Source of the DNA: a virus | Taxonomy: Duplodnaviria > Caudoviricetes | DNA: 64,000 bases | Virus record (IMG/VR): IMGVR_UViG_3300037840_000382 | Coordinates: 3,025 to 67,024 of that record | Direction: 5' to 3' (one strand) | In this document: positions 29,367 through 38,509 of the stretch, one piece after another | Layout of the letters: each line of letters starts with the position of its first letter | Position numbering within the stretch: position 1 is the stretch's first letter | The notes under the pieces: model-generated | The model's input: only the letters and a program-made list of their open reading frames with translations | Told to the model about the DNA's origin: nothing | The model's database searches: none | Program-made: the position numbers and the translations under genes

Positions 29367-29711
29367 ATGAAGAAACAACTCTTGCTCGCTTCACTACTCG
29401 CCTGTCTTTCCCTGCCGGCCGTTGCTGATACGATCACGATCACGCTGACAACGCCTGCTGGTCTTTGTATGGCAGGCTGTTCGCGGACTTTCACTGATGC
29501 GGGGACGGCCAAACCTAACACCTTGCAAACCAATATCGTGCAGGTCTTCCAAGCCGGCTGCAATACCAGCATAAACGGAACGTGTACGGCTGCACAGGTT
29601 CTTAATTATTGGGCCGGAACTTTGCGCGATACATTCGTGGGGCAAGTTAATGCGTTTCAATTACAGGCGCTTCAGAATGCTGTGCCTTATGTGCCGATCG
29701 CGCCTAACTAA
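29367..29711 (+). CDS. small secreted-type Cys-paired protein
   Basis: MKKQLLLASLLACLSLPAVA|DT. Confidence 0.7.
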   Translation: MKKQLLLASLLACLSLPAVADTITITLTTPAGLCMAGCSRTFTDAGTAKPNTLQTNIVQVFQAGCNTSINGTCTAAQVLNYWAGTLRDTFVGQVNAFQLQALQNAVPYVPIAPN

Positions 29712-29719
29712 GGTGAAGC

Positions 29720-29980
29720 ATGCGAAGATTTCTAGTCATTCTGGCTTTGTTTGCGCCATCTTGTGCCGGCGCTCAGCAGTCCACGGTCAACATTCCGCTA
29801 ACGCTTGCCGATCAAGCGACGATCATTCCGCTGCTCTGTGAAGCGGCTCTTTACGGCTTTCGCATGAGGTTCCAGGATTTTTGCGATCTTGCGAAGGTCA
29901 AGCTGCCCGAGGCATTGAAGGCCGAGCGCGATGCGGCCGAGAAGACGAAGGAAAACGCCGGGGAGGAAAAGAAGCCATGA
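29720..29980 (+). CDS. small signal-peptide protein (chaperone-like)
   Basis: MRRFLVILALFAPSCAGA|QQ; charged C-terminal tail like 26377..26607. Confidence 0.65.
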   Translation: MRRFLVILALFAPSCAGAQQSTVNIPLTLADQATIIPLLCEAALYGFRMRFQDFCDLAKVKLPEALKAERDAAEKTKENAGEEKKP

Positions 29981-30882
29981 AACGGCTCACCGCCGTCATT
30001 GGTGTCTTCTTTGCACTTGCTGCTGTCGCTGTTCGCGCTGCTGGCTGGCTGCCGCTCGTCTCGGCCTCGACGGGCGGCGGAACTGGCTCATGCTCGCAAT
30101 CTCAAGCATTTTTTGCTCGTGCCAGCGCGACGCATAGTAACGGTGACGCGCTCGATACGCTGATCTGTACTGGGTTGGCCGGAAATTCGGCGACATGCAC
30201 GGGCGGCACCACGCTTTGGGATTGCGCTGATATCATTTATCTTCCAACGCAGCCGAACGTTACAGATGCCAAGCTTAACTTGAAATCTTCAAGTTTCAGT
30301 CTTACCGTCAACGGTTCGCCGACATTCACCGTTAACAAAGGGTATGTCGGCGCAGCCAGCGCAAACCTCGATACGGGTTGGCAGGCTGGTACCAACGGTG
30401 TTCGCTATACCCAAAATTCGATGGGGGCGTTTGCGTGGAAAGAGGGGGCCGCCACTTCTTGCGGCTCCGGGAACGCCTGCGGAGTGGCCTTTGGAGAGAA
30501 TGCGGCAACCGTTGCACTCGATATGTATCCGCATTTCTCCGACAATGGATATTATTCCAATATCCAGAGCACCACCGGTTTCTTCATGGGAACCGGGACG
30601 ATCAATGAGGCGAATTTTTACGGCTTCACGCGCAGCGTCAATGGTACTGGAATTGATTACAAAAATACGACTGCATTGTCTGCAGCGAATGCCGCAACGG
30701 CGCTTTTGACGGTTGATCTCCTTCTTCTTAATGACGGCGTTGCGGCTGGTCGCCAATTCACGACAACGCTCGGTTTTGTCTGGATCGGCGGCTTCCTCGA
30801 TACGACACCGGAAAGCAATCTATGTCACGCCGTCAATGTCTACATGACGGCCGTGGCCGGCGATGCTGGAGGTATTTGCTGA
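29977..30882 (+). CDS. ConA/laminin-G-like protein with signal peptide
   Basis: MKRLTAVIGVFFALAAVAVRA|A; PTFTVNKGY..NLDTG motif; paired Cys. Confidence 0.7.
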   Translation: MKRLTAVIGVFFALAAVAVRAAGWLPLVSASTGGGTGSCSQSQAFFARASATHSNGDALDTLICTGLAGNSATCTGGTTLWDCADIIYLPTQPNVTDAKLNLKSSSFSLTVNGSPTFTVNKGYVGAASANLDTGWQAGTNGVRYTQNSMGAFAWKEGAATSCGSGNACGVAFGENAATVALDMYPHFSDNGYYSNIQSTTGFFMGTGTINEANFYGFTRSVNGTGIDYKNTTALSAANAATALLTVDLLLLNDGVAAGRQFTTTLGFVWIGGFLDTTPESNLCHAVNVYMTAVAGDAGGIC

Positions 30883-32474
30883 TGCGCCGACTTTTTATTT
30901 TGTCAGCAATCGCCGCAATTTTACTGATCGTTAAGTTGGCGATTGCAGGATTTGCTATATTTCAAATTGGAACTAACAGTTCCAGTGGTTGTCCTGATGC
31001 CACTCCGGCTGTAGCTGGAGCTTTTAACCTCAATACCTGTACCTTCTTTGATCCGATGACGTCGCTTGCGACGATCGATGTCAATGCGACCAATGCCGCG
31101 CCGTCCACAGGAATAAACTGGTATACCCAGCAATCGTTAGGCGTGGCATCGTTTACCGCCGTCATCAGCGGCACGGGGTTAACTGCTTCATCGTCGAATA
31201 CGGCATCAAGCATCATCAAGGTGGGGCAGACGATTGGTCAAGGTAACGGAGGTTGCGGCCCTGTCGCCGGCACCACGATTACTGCGCTCGGGACTGGAAC
31301 GGGCGGCGACGGCACTTACACCGTAACTCCATCACAGACACTCGCCAGTTGTCAGGTACAGTCGTCCTTTGCTCAGGCTCCGAACACGATGACTGTCGGT
31401 GCAAACGGGCTGACGCTGTTAAATGTGTCTCAGGGCGATGCGAATTTCGGGCTTTCAACTTATACCGCATTGCAAATTCCGACGGGATCGCTCAATACTG
31501 TCGTCACGCCTTATCGTGGAATCTCGTTCACGAATGGGATGTATGCCAGGGCTTATATCACCTTTGATGAAACCAAGGCTCCGAATGGGATGGCTGGGCC
31601 GCCATGGCGCTGGAATGCATGGTGGATGGACTCTTTTCCTGGCACCAAATACGGCGGTCAATTTATCGAAACCGACAATTGTGACTGCTTTTCGAATAAT
31701 GGGAGCGTCTTGCTCAACAACTTTTTGCACGACATCAATTGCGGGCTGGTAAGTTCGTGTTCTGGGAACTCACTTACGGATATGTGGTTTGGCCAACCGC
31801 CATCGCGCTCGGCGGAATGCAATCCGGTGTTGGATGGCGTAACGTTTCACACCTTCGATCAACTCTGGGTGCCTCCATCGAAGAACAACGGCACGGGTAT
31901 TTATGCATATTTGGTGGACGCCGATACGTGCGCGGGTAATGCAGTATTCACCGGGTTCATAGATTCAAGCGACGGGGTTGGTACCAATCGTACCCTGCAC
32001 GTTACCTCGATGATTTCGACAGGCACAATTGCAGTTAATAGCTATATCGGTAATAGCGGGCCTCTTAATCTTGCGCGACGGGTTCTAGCTTTCGGGACTA
32101 ACGGAACAACGGGTGCGGGGACCACTGGCACCTATGCGCTTGAGTTCGATAGCAGCAGCAGCGTCTCGTCGTCGTTGATGATCGCCACTAATGGGAACAG
32201 TTGCGAATATTTTGCCCAGGGTTCTGGGAATAAGTCGCAGTGCAGTTATGATGGCGTCAACGCAAATACGACTTACGACGGCGCCTTTACGGCTGCCGAT
32301 CCGGGGAATGCCAGCGGCAGCAAGGGATTCACGCTGATCTTCAATGGTGGATGTACAGCATCTTATACGACCTCGGCTTGCAATGCTGGTACCTCGGCTG
32401 GCAACTGGCCATTTCACATTAAAAATGTGCAGGTCTGGCAGGGCTCTACGAGCGATAAGAATGTGCAGAATTGA
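30882..32474 (+). CDS. GH16/ConA-like Cys-rich protein with signal peptide or anchor
   Basis: MRRLFILSAIAAILLIVKLAIA|G; WNAWWM..ETDNCD..FHTF; two GTY-ending beta inserts. Confidence 0.7.
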   Translation: MRRLFILSAIAAILLIVKLAIAGFAIFQIGTNSSSGCPDATPAVAGAFNLNTCTFFDPMTSLATIDVNATNAAPSTGINWYTQQSLGVASFTAVISGTGLTASSSNTASSIIKVGQTIGQGNGGCGPVAGTTITALGTGTGGDGTYTVTPSQTLASCQVQSSFAQAPNTMTVGANGLTLLNVSQGDANFGLSTYTALQIPTGSLNTVVTPYRGISFTNGMYARAYITFDETKAPNGMAGPPWRWNAWWMDSFPGTKYGGQFIETDNCDCFSNNGSVLLNNFLHDINCGLVSSCSGNSLTDMWFGQPPSRSAECNPVLDGVTFHTFDQLWVPPSKNNGTGIYAYLVDADTCAGNAVFTGFIDSSDGVGTNRTLHVTSMISTGTIAVNSYIGNSGPLNLARRVLAFGTNGTTGAGTTGTYALEFDSSSSVSSSLMIATNGNSCEYFAQGSGNKSQCSYDGVNANTTYDGAFTAADPGNASGSKGFTLIFNGGCTASYTTSACNAGTSAGNWPFHIKNVQVWQGSTSDKNVQN

Positions 32475-32480
32475 CGCGAG

Positions 32481-34925
32481 GTGATCGTGAGTGAAGAGTT
32501 CGTCGGTCCTTTTGCCAGCTGGTCTAACCTCAAGCGTGACTACGGTGCGAAGGGCGATGGCATTGCCGACGACACGGCAGCCTTGCAGGCGGCGGTGAGC
32601 GATCTCACAGCGACCGGTAAACCGCGCAACCTGTTTATCCCGTCCGGGACCTACCTCGTCACGCAGACCATCACGCTGCTCGGTGGTCTCGGGGCGGGCA
32701 TCATCGGCGCCGATCCCGCGACCACAACCTTTAAGTGGGGCGGCGCCGCTGGCGGCACGTTGCTTCATCTGGATGGCTGCGGCTACGGGCGACTTGGCCG
32801 GCTGACCCTAGATGGGGGGCGCAATACGACCGTTCTGGTGGATCAGAATGCGCTCGCTAGCGGACCACCGCGCCAGTTCGGTACGGGAAACGAGTACGCG
32901 GACCTTATTTTTCAGAACGCCTCAATCGGGATCAGGGCTGGAGAAGCAGGTATCGGGGAGGCTGAGAGTACAGTCCTACGCTGCAAGTTCCTCGGCCTTA
33001 AGAATGGCGTCCTGCTACTAAATGGCAATTGCTTGGATTGGTGGCATTGGTTCTGCGAATTCATGAATTGCCGAACCGGCATCGCCAATACTCCGCAGGA
33101 CAACATTGCAGCCGGTGGCGCGGGCATGTTCCACGCCTATGGCTGCCAATTCACCGGCTCGACGTTCGCTGATATCCAAATTGGCAACACCGGAAATTTC
33201 AATTTTCGTGATTGCTATTCGAGAGGATCACGGCAGTTTCTCAATGCGGTCTTCTACTACACCAACGCCGCGCAGACTCGTGTGCAGAACTGCGTTGCCG
33301 ACAGTGGCATCTACATGGGCAACGGCGGCCCGCTGCTAATCACGGATAGCATGATCGCCGGCCCCGTCACCGTGACCTCGTCCAACGGCGGCGACATCAT
33401 CTCTGTCGGCAACAAATACACGGTCTCGCCGACAGCTAGCCGGTTGCGCTCTGTCGATGACGCGGTTGTGCCCTCGCTGACGTTGCCACCGACGCTGGTG
33501 TTGCCGCCTGCGCCCCCGCTGACGATCCGTAGGGTCTTCGAAGTGCCGATCACGGACGACGGCACCGCGCTCCAAGCTGCGATCACGCAAGCTGCGACGC
33601 TCAATGGCAGCAAGCCCGTCGTGCATATCTCGGTTGGCACGCTTGCGCTGCGCAAGCCGATCACGGTGCCGGAATGCGACGTACAGATCATTGGTGATGG
33701 GTGGCCGAATACGATCATCGACTGTGGTAACACGCCGGGGATCGGCATCGACATCCAGGGACGATCGCGCGTCACGTTGAGCGACTTGCACATCAAAAAT
33801 GTGATCGATACAGCGATCACGATTGAGGACGCCTTCTTTGGCCGCGTTCTCCTGCAAGAGCCGATCTTCATCGCAGCGAGCGTCGCTGGTCTCTTCGTCG
33901 ATGGTGTAAGCTCTGCAACGGTCGAGCTGCGTGACTTTAACTTTGAGAACTGTGCGGTCGGTGCTCAGATTGAAGGCGGTGTTGCATCGCTGACGGCGCT
34001 TCTCGCCGGTTCTGCCGACCTCAACGTGACTAACGTGCTGGCTGACAGCGCAAACGTCGTCGTGCGTGACATGTGGAACGACACGCCTACAGGTGGGACA
34101 ATCAACCCGGTCTTGGTGTCGGTGATGGGTGCAAGCCAAGTTACGGTCGAGGGCTGCGTCCACAATATGCAGTCGGCCGGGGCCGTTGCTGTCTCTGGTC
34201 CTGCCGAGGTCTTGAACACGACGTTGGGCGGCGCTGTCAACTACGCCATGTTTGTGGGCGGGTGCAGTTTCTTGTCGGCGTTCACGACAGCGCCTTACGC
34301 TGTGGGGGCAGGGACGCTGGAGAATCGCCTTTACGATACGACCAATGGCTCGACGCCCATCGCAGACGCCGTGGTGGCGACTGACGCTCAGATACGCGCC
34401 GCGTTGGCGCAGTCGCACGCTACGCATCCGACGCTGCCGGCCGATCTGCCAGCTGGAGCTACCGATGTCAGGCTATCTCGTGTTACAATCGAGAACTGCA
34501 AGACGGGCATCCGCATCAAGGGAATCAACATGGCAACGATCGATCCGACGACGCTCGCGCAATTGCAAAGCATTCGTGCGGGGATTGCAGCTCAATTGGC
34601 TCTTCTCGACGGAGTCATCGCCAACGCCACAGGTCTTCCTCCGGGAACTACGTCTCCTCCTGGAACCACGATCAGCGGCACGACCGCAGTAGGAGGGGCA
34701 ACCATTACCGATGCTGCGGGACACGTCTGGTCGCTTGGCACCGCGGCTCCCTACGGCTTTGTCATCCTCCGGGACAACGTGCCGTTTGCCAATGGGAGCG
34801 GTGCCTCGCTCACGATCGACAAGGTCGGTATTGTGTGGACCAAGAACAGCCAGGGCAATTGGTACGTCTCGACCTCGTCAGGCTGGAACTCGTCGCCCGG
34901 CAATGCCCCTCCTGTAACCGCGTAG
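32481..34925 (+). CDS. pectate-lyase-3-like beta-helix tailspike / depolymerase
   Basis: YGAKGDGIADDTAALQAAV..FIPSGTY; second DDGTALQAAI repeat. Confidence 0.8.
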   Translation: MIVSEEFVGPFASWSNLKRDYGAKGDGIADDTAALQAAVSDLTATGKPRNLFIPSGTYLVTQTITLLGGLGAGIIGADPATTTFKWGGAAGGTLLHLDGCGYGRLGRLTLDGGRNTTVLVDQNALASGPPRQFGTGNEYADLIFQNASIGIRAGEAGIGEAESTVLRCKFLGLKNGVLLLNGNCLDWWHWFCEFMNCRTGIANTPQDNIAAGGAGMFHAYGCQFTGSTFADIQIGNTGNFNFRDCYSRGSRQFLNAVFYYTNAAQTRVQNCVADSGIYMGNGGPLLITDSMIAGPVTVTSSNGGDIISVGNKYTVSPTASRLRSVDDAVVPSLTLPPTLVLPPAPPLTIRRVFEVPITDDGTALQAAITQAATLNGSKPVVHISVGTLALRKPITVPECDVQIIGDGWPNTIIDCGNTPGIGIDIQGRSRVTLSDLHIKNVIDTAITIEDAFFGRVLLQEPIFIAASVAGLFVDGVSSATVELRDFNFENCAVGAQIEGGVASLTALLAGSADLNVTNVLADSANVVVRDMWNDTPTGGTINPVLVSVMGASQVTVEGCVHNMQSAGAVAVSGPAEVLNTTLGGAVNYAMFVGGCSFLSAFTTAPYAVGAGTLENRLYDTTNGSTPIADAVVATDAQIRAALAQSHATHPTLPADLPAGATDVRLSRVTIENCKTGIRIKGINMATIDPTTLAQLQSIRAGIAAQLALLDGVIANATGLPPGTTSPPGTTISGTTAVGGATITDAAGHVWSLGTAAPYGFVILRDNVPFANGSGASLTIDKVGIVWTKNSQGNWYVSTSSGWNSSPGNAPPVTA

Positions 34926-34938
34926 GAAGGCGCTCACC

Positions 34939-36036
34939 ATGAGCATCCAACCTGCCACGCTTGCAGCTTTGCAGCAGATACGAACAAGCATCGGTGCGTC
35001 AGATGATGCGTTGAAGGCAATACTTGATCCCATGCAGGTCGTGCTTGATGCTACGCCGCCCCCGCAGGCGATCGCTCACGGCCTGACCAAGCTGCTTTTT
35101 CAGTCGGGGCCGTTTGCTGACCTGTCGCGCATTGACATCAGCAATGCCAACACCTCGACCGCCTCAACGGACTGGTGGGTAGCTAACAGCTATATCGGGC
35201 AGCCGGGAGAAAACCCGGCCTACGGGTTGATCCCGGACATCCCCGCGAGCGATCTGTCGGTCAACGGCGGCATTCTCAGGATCGCCCAGGCGCGACCCGG
35301 CGCCTATTTCCAGAACAACCAGCCGTCATTGTCCAGCAACTACTTCCCTGGCAGCTTCGGCCGGTCAGATGGCCCGAACGTCGATGCCATCAATCACGGC
35401 AGGTTCTTCCGACCGCCGTGGTACATCGATATCCAGTTCACATTCGACCAGCGCCTCGCGCGCGGCAGTGCGGGCTTTCCTGCTTTCTGGGCGGTCAACT
35501 GGTGGAACAAAGCTTACCCACACGTTGTTGAATGGGACTTCTTCGAGTTTTTCCCCCAGACGCGGTTCGCGGGCCTTTCAGTCGAGTCCGGCAAGGGCGG
35601 CTCGTTCGGTTTCAACTGCGGCGACTTCTCGAACAACGTCACGACCTATCCGCCGCTTCAGAGCGGCCAGTTTCCACAACCGATGTTCGCTGACCTCGGC
35701 AATCCAACCCTTGATGGGACCGACCTGCACACGGTAGGTCACCTGCTGATCGACACAGCGACCGGGGGCGGGACAGGCTTCTCGGAGCGGTACTTCGACG
35801 ATATCCAGTTCGGACCGAACCGCTTGACGTACTCCCGCACGGCACCGCCGAGCTACCCGCCTGGGGCTCCGGCCGGCACATTCTCATCGTGCGAGAATGT
35901 GGCCAACAATCCCGATTATCTTGGTTATTCGCTATACGTCACTTGCGGCAACCAACCGGGTGGCGGCGACTGGCCGCTTTCTGTAAGGCGCGTGCGAGTG
36001 TATGGCCCTGACGATAGCACCATGGTTGTGGTGTAG
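34939..36036 (+). CDS. GH16-like glycoside hydrolase / lectin
   Basis: FPAFW and intact ExDxxE motif (EWDFFE); C-terminal VRRVRVY. Confidence 0.65.
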   Translation: MSIQPATLAALQQIRTSIGASDDALKAILDPMQVVLDATPPPQAIAHGLTKLLFQSGPFADLSRIDISNANTSTASTDWWVANSYIGQPGENPAYGLIPDIPASDLSVNGGILRIAQARPGAYFQNNQPSLSSNYFPGSFGRSDGPNVDAINHGRFFRPPWYIDIQFTFDQRLARGSAGFPAFWAVNWWNKAYPHVVEWDFFEFFPQTRFAGLSVESGKGGSFGFNCGDFSNNVTTYPPLQSGQFPQPMFADLGNPTLDGTDLHTVGHLLIDTATGGGTGFSERYFDDIQFGPNRLTYSRTAPPSYPPGAPAGTFSSCENVANNPDYLGYSLYVTCGNQPGGGDWPLSVRRVRVYGPDDSTMVVV

Positions 36037-36039
36037 CCG

Positions 36040-36528
36040 ATGGGTCTTGTCCAGCAAAGCGGCAATATTACTCCAGGGCATCTGCCTGTGTGGGTCGCGC
36101 CAGGCGTCATTGGTGACGGCGGCGCAGCGCTCGCAGCTCAGCGCGTTCTCGCCTCGCTACGCGGCGCCAACTTTAACACGACCAGTGACCAGCCGATCGC
36201 GATCCCGCAGCGCGTAACGGCCTTTGCGCTTACCGGGATCATAGTGACGAACGCCTCGCTCAATTTAACGGCAGCCGTGGGCGGGTTCTACCCGCAGGCA
36301 GCGAAGGCGGGCACGCCGATCGTGGCAGCTGCGCAGGCGTACTCGACGCTTACGACCGCCAACGCGCTGCTTAACGCCACGCTCGCGGCGTTCGGGAGCG
36401 GCACGCGGTTCTCGTCGGCGAACCTCGGGACGATCGGCGGGCTGCTCAATATTTGGTTCGCGCTTACGACGGCTCAGCCCGTCGCGGCGACGGCGGATAT
36501 CTACCTCGTGGGTACTGACCTGACTTAA
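36040..36528 (+). CDS. virion-region protein
   Basis: N-terminal QSGNxTPGH..W...GVIGDGG shared with 37112..38503. Confidence 0.7.
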   Translation: MGLVQQSGNITPGHLPVWVAPGVIGDGGAALAAQRVLASLRGANFNTTSDQPIAIPQRVTAFALTGIIVTNASLNLTAAVGGFYPQAAKAGTPIVAAAQAYSTLTTANALLNATLAAFGSGTRFSSANLGTIGGLLNIWFALTTAQPVAATADIYLVGTDLT

Positions 36529-37043
36529 GCTGGTACCGGAGCACCCATCGGGGGCGGGGTCTCATGCTCTTTGCTCTGGGCCCCAAACCACGGTTTTGCC
36601 GGAGCAGGAGCAGTTGAAGGCGCTTCGACTTTTCCGGGTCGCGCCTGGGCGACAGGAGCGATTGGATGCGCTTCCGTTTTTGCCGGCGGTTTATCGATCT
36701 TGCCGCCAAGTGCCCCAATGGCACCTTCCGTTATGCGCACTCGCGCTTCCAGCTCGTCGAGCCGGTCATCGTGAGCAAGCGGTTTGCTCTCTATGGCGTC
36801 CTGGCGCTTCTTGAGATCGGTCCGATCGCGCTCCAGTGCTGCGATAACGGCGCCGTTGTCAACGAGCTTCGTTTCATGCGCCGCCACCTGGACTCCGCTC
36901 TTGATGTGCGCCAGCTCGAGGTTTTCCAGTCGCTGTCGCACATCGCGCATGGCGTCCACGAACACGTCGAAGTGACGGTTCATCTCGACGGAGCTTGGGC
37001 TTTTCTCCAAATTGTCTACGAAATCCTCTAAGGTGGAAGGCAT
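36525..37043 (-). CDS. coiled-coil protein (antisense orphan)
   Basis: AGGAGA RBS; heptad pattern; Pro-rich tail. Confidence 0.65.
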   Translation of the reverse strand: MPSTLEDFVDNLEKSPSSVEMNRHFDVFVDAMRDVRQRLENLELAHIKSGVQVAAHETKLVDNGAVIAALERDRTDLKKRQDAIESKPLAHDDRLDELEARVRITEGAIGALGGKIDKPPAKTEAHPIAPVAQARPGKVEAPSTAPAPAKPWFGAQSKEHETPPPMGAPVPA

Positions 37044-37111
37044 GCGCTTGTTCTCCTGTTTGCTAGCCAGCGAGTTGTAAACGAGTTTTGGGTAGCGTAA
37101 AAGAGGCTTCC

Positions 37112-38503
37112 ATGAAAAAAATCCTTGCGATTCTAGCCGCTCTCCTCGCCTCTCTCCCCGCGAGCGCGCAGCAAGTTCGGCAGAGTGGCAACGTCACGCC
37201 GGGTCACGTCACCAAGTGGATCACAACGGGTGTCATCGGTGACGGCGGGCCCGATCCCGCGGGCGCCAATCCAACGAGCCTCAACGCGACCGCGAGCGGT
37301 TTCGGCATATGCCAGTTCAGCGGGTTCTTTTCGGGTCCCTACAACCGCCTCTGTTTCAACGTCACCGGAACCGGCGGCGGTTTCGCGCTTGATAATTTCG
37401 GCGGCGCGACTGGCGGTTTCACCTGGACTCTCAATGGTGTGACGCAGGGATTGCCTATCACTACCGGCCTCCCTGTCACCATCAACGACTTCGCGTGCTT
37501 CTCAGACACTACCGGGGACCTCAAGGATTGTGGCAACACCAATGGCGTTAACAGCGGTACGATTAACCAGCTTGCATGGTACGCCGCGAGCGGCGCAGTG
37601 GTGTCGGGACTCGCGACTGCCAACAATGGCGCGCTCGTTACGTCGGCCGGAGGCGTGCCGTCGATCTCGTCCACGCTCCCCGCGGCGGTGCAGGGAAACA
37701 TCACGACCGTTGGGACGATCGGGACCGGCGTATGGCAAGGAACCGCCATTGCTGTTGGTTTCGGCGGTACAGGACTCACGGGTGGCACCAGCGGGGGCGT
37801 TCCCTATTTCAACTCCGCTAACACGCTAGCATCGTCGGGCGCGCTTATCGCAAACGCAGTCATGTTGGGCGGAGGCGCTGGTGGCGCCCCAACCGTGAGC
37901 GGTTGCACGATCGACGCGAACAACACGGTCTCGTGCGCCTCAAGCGTGACTGCCACTCCAGCGCACGTCAACCAGAATACGACTTCCGATGCGTCAGCTG
38001 CTTCCTACAATCTCCAAAAGAACAGAAGCGGCGGCGCGGTTCTCAACAGCGATGTGCTCGGCATCGTCAATTTCAGCGGCTTCTCGAACGCCGCTCAGCG
38101 CAATGCGGCACAGATACAGGCGAGCGTCTCCGCGGCGCCGAGCGGGAGCAACGTCCCGACCAAAGTGCAAATTAGCACAAGCAACGCTGCCGGTCTTAAC
38201 AACCAATCGCTCACGTTTGACAATAATGGACATCTCTCTAGCGTCTCCACAAGCGTGCCCGTCGTAAACACCTGCGCGGGATTCGCGCTTGGAACAGGAG
38301 CGACTGATTTTGCTGGACGCGCGACATTTACCAGCAATGCTAGCACTTGCTCGTTCAATTTTGGCACCGCGTTTGCAAACATACCGTTTTGCACTGTTGC
38401 TGCTCCCGTAACGACCAACATGACTGTAACTGCGACTACCTTGACTATAGGGTTCGTGAGCGCGGCAGCGACGACAGCGTCCTGGATTTGCATAGGAGCA
38501 TAA
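37112..38503 (+). CDS. tail fibre-like protein with signal peptide
   Basis: MKKILAILAALLASLPASA|QQ; ITTVGTIGTGVWQGTAIAVGFGGTG fibre repeat; C-terminal WICIG. Confidence 0.8.
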   Translation: MKKILAILAALLASLPASAQQVRQSGNVTPGHVTKWITTGVIGDGGPDPAGANPTSLNATASGFGICQFSGFFSGPYNRLCFNVTGTGGGFALDNFGGATGGFTWTLNGVTQGLPITTGLPVTINDFACFSDTTGDLKDCGNTNGVNSGTINQLAWYAASGAVVSGLATANNGALVTSAGGVPSISSTLPAAVQGNITTVGTIGTGVWQGTAIAVGFGGTGLTGGTSGGVPYFNSANTLASSGALIANAVMLGGGAGGAPTVSGCTIDANNTVSCASSVTATPAHVNQNTTSDASAASYNLQKNRSGGAVLNSDVLGIVNFSGFSNAAQRNAAQIQASVSAAPSGSNVPTKVQISTSNAAGLNNQSLTFDNNGHLSSVSTSVPVVNTCAGFALGTGATDFAGRATFTSNASTCSFNFGTAFANIPFCTVAAPVTTNMTVTATTLTIGFVSAAATTASWICIGA

Positions 38504-38509
38504 AAAGGA

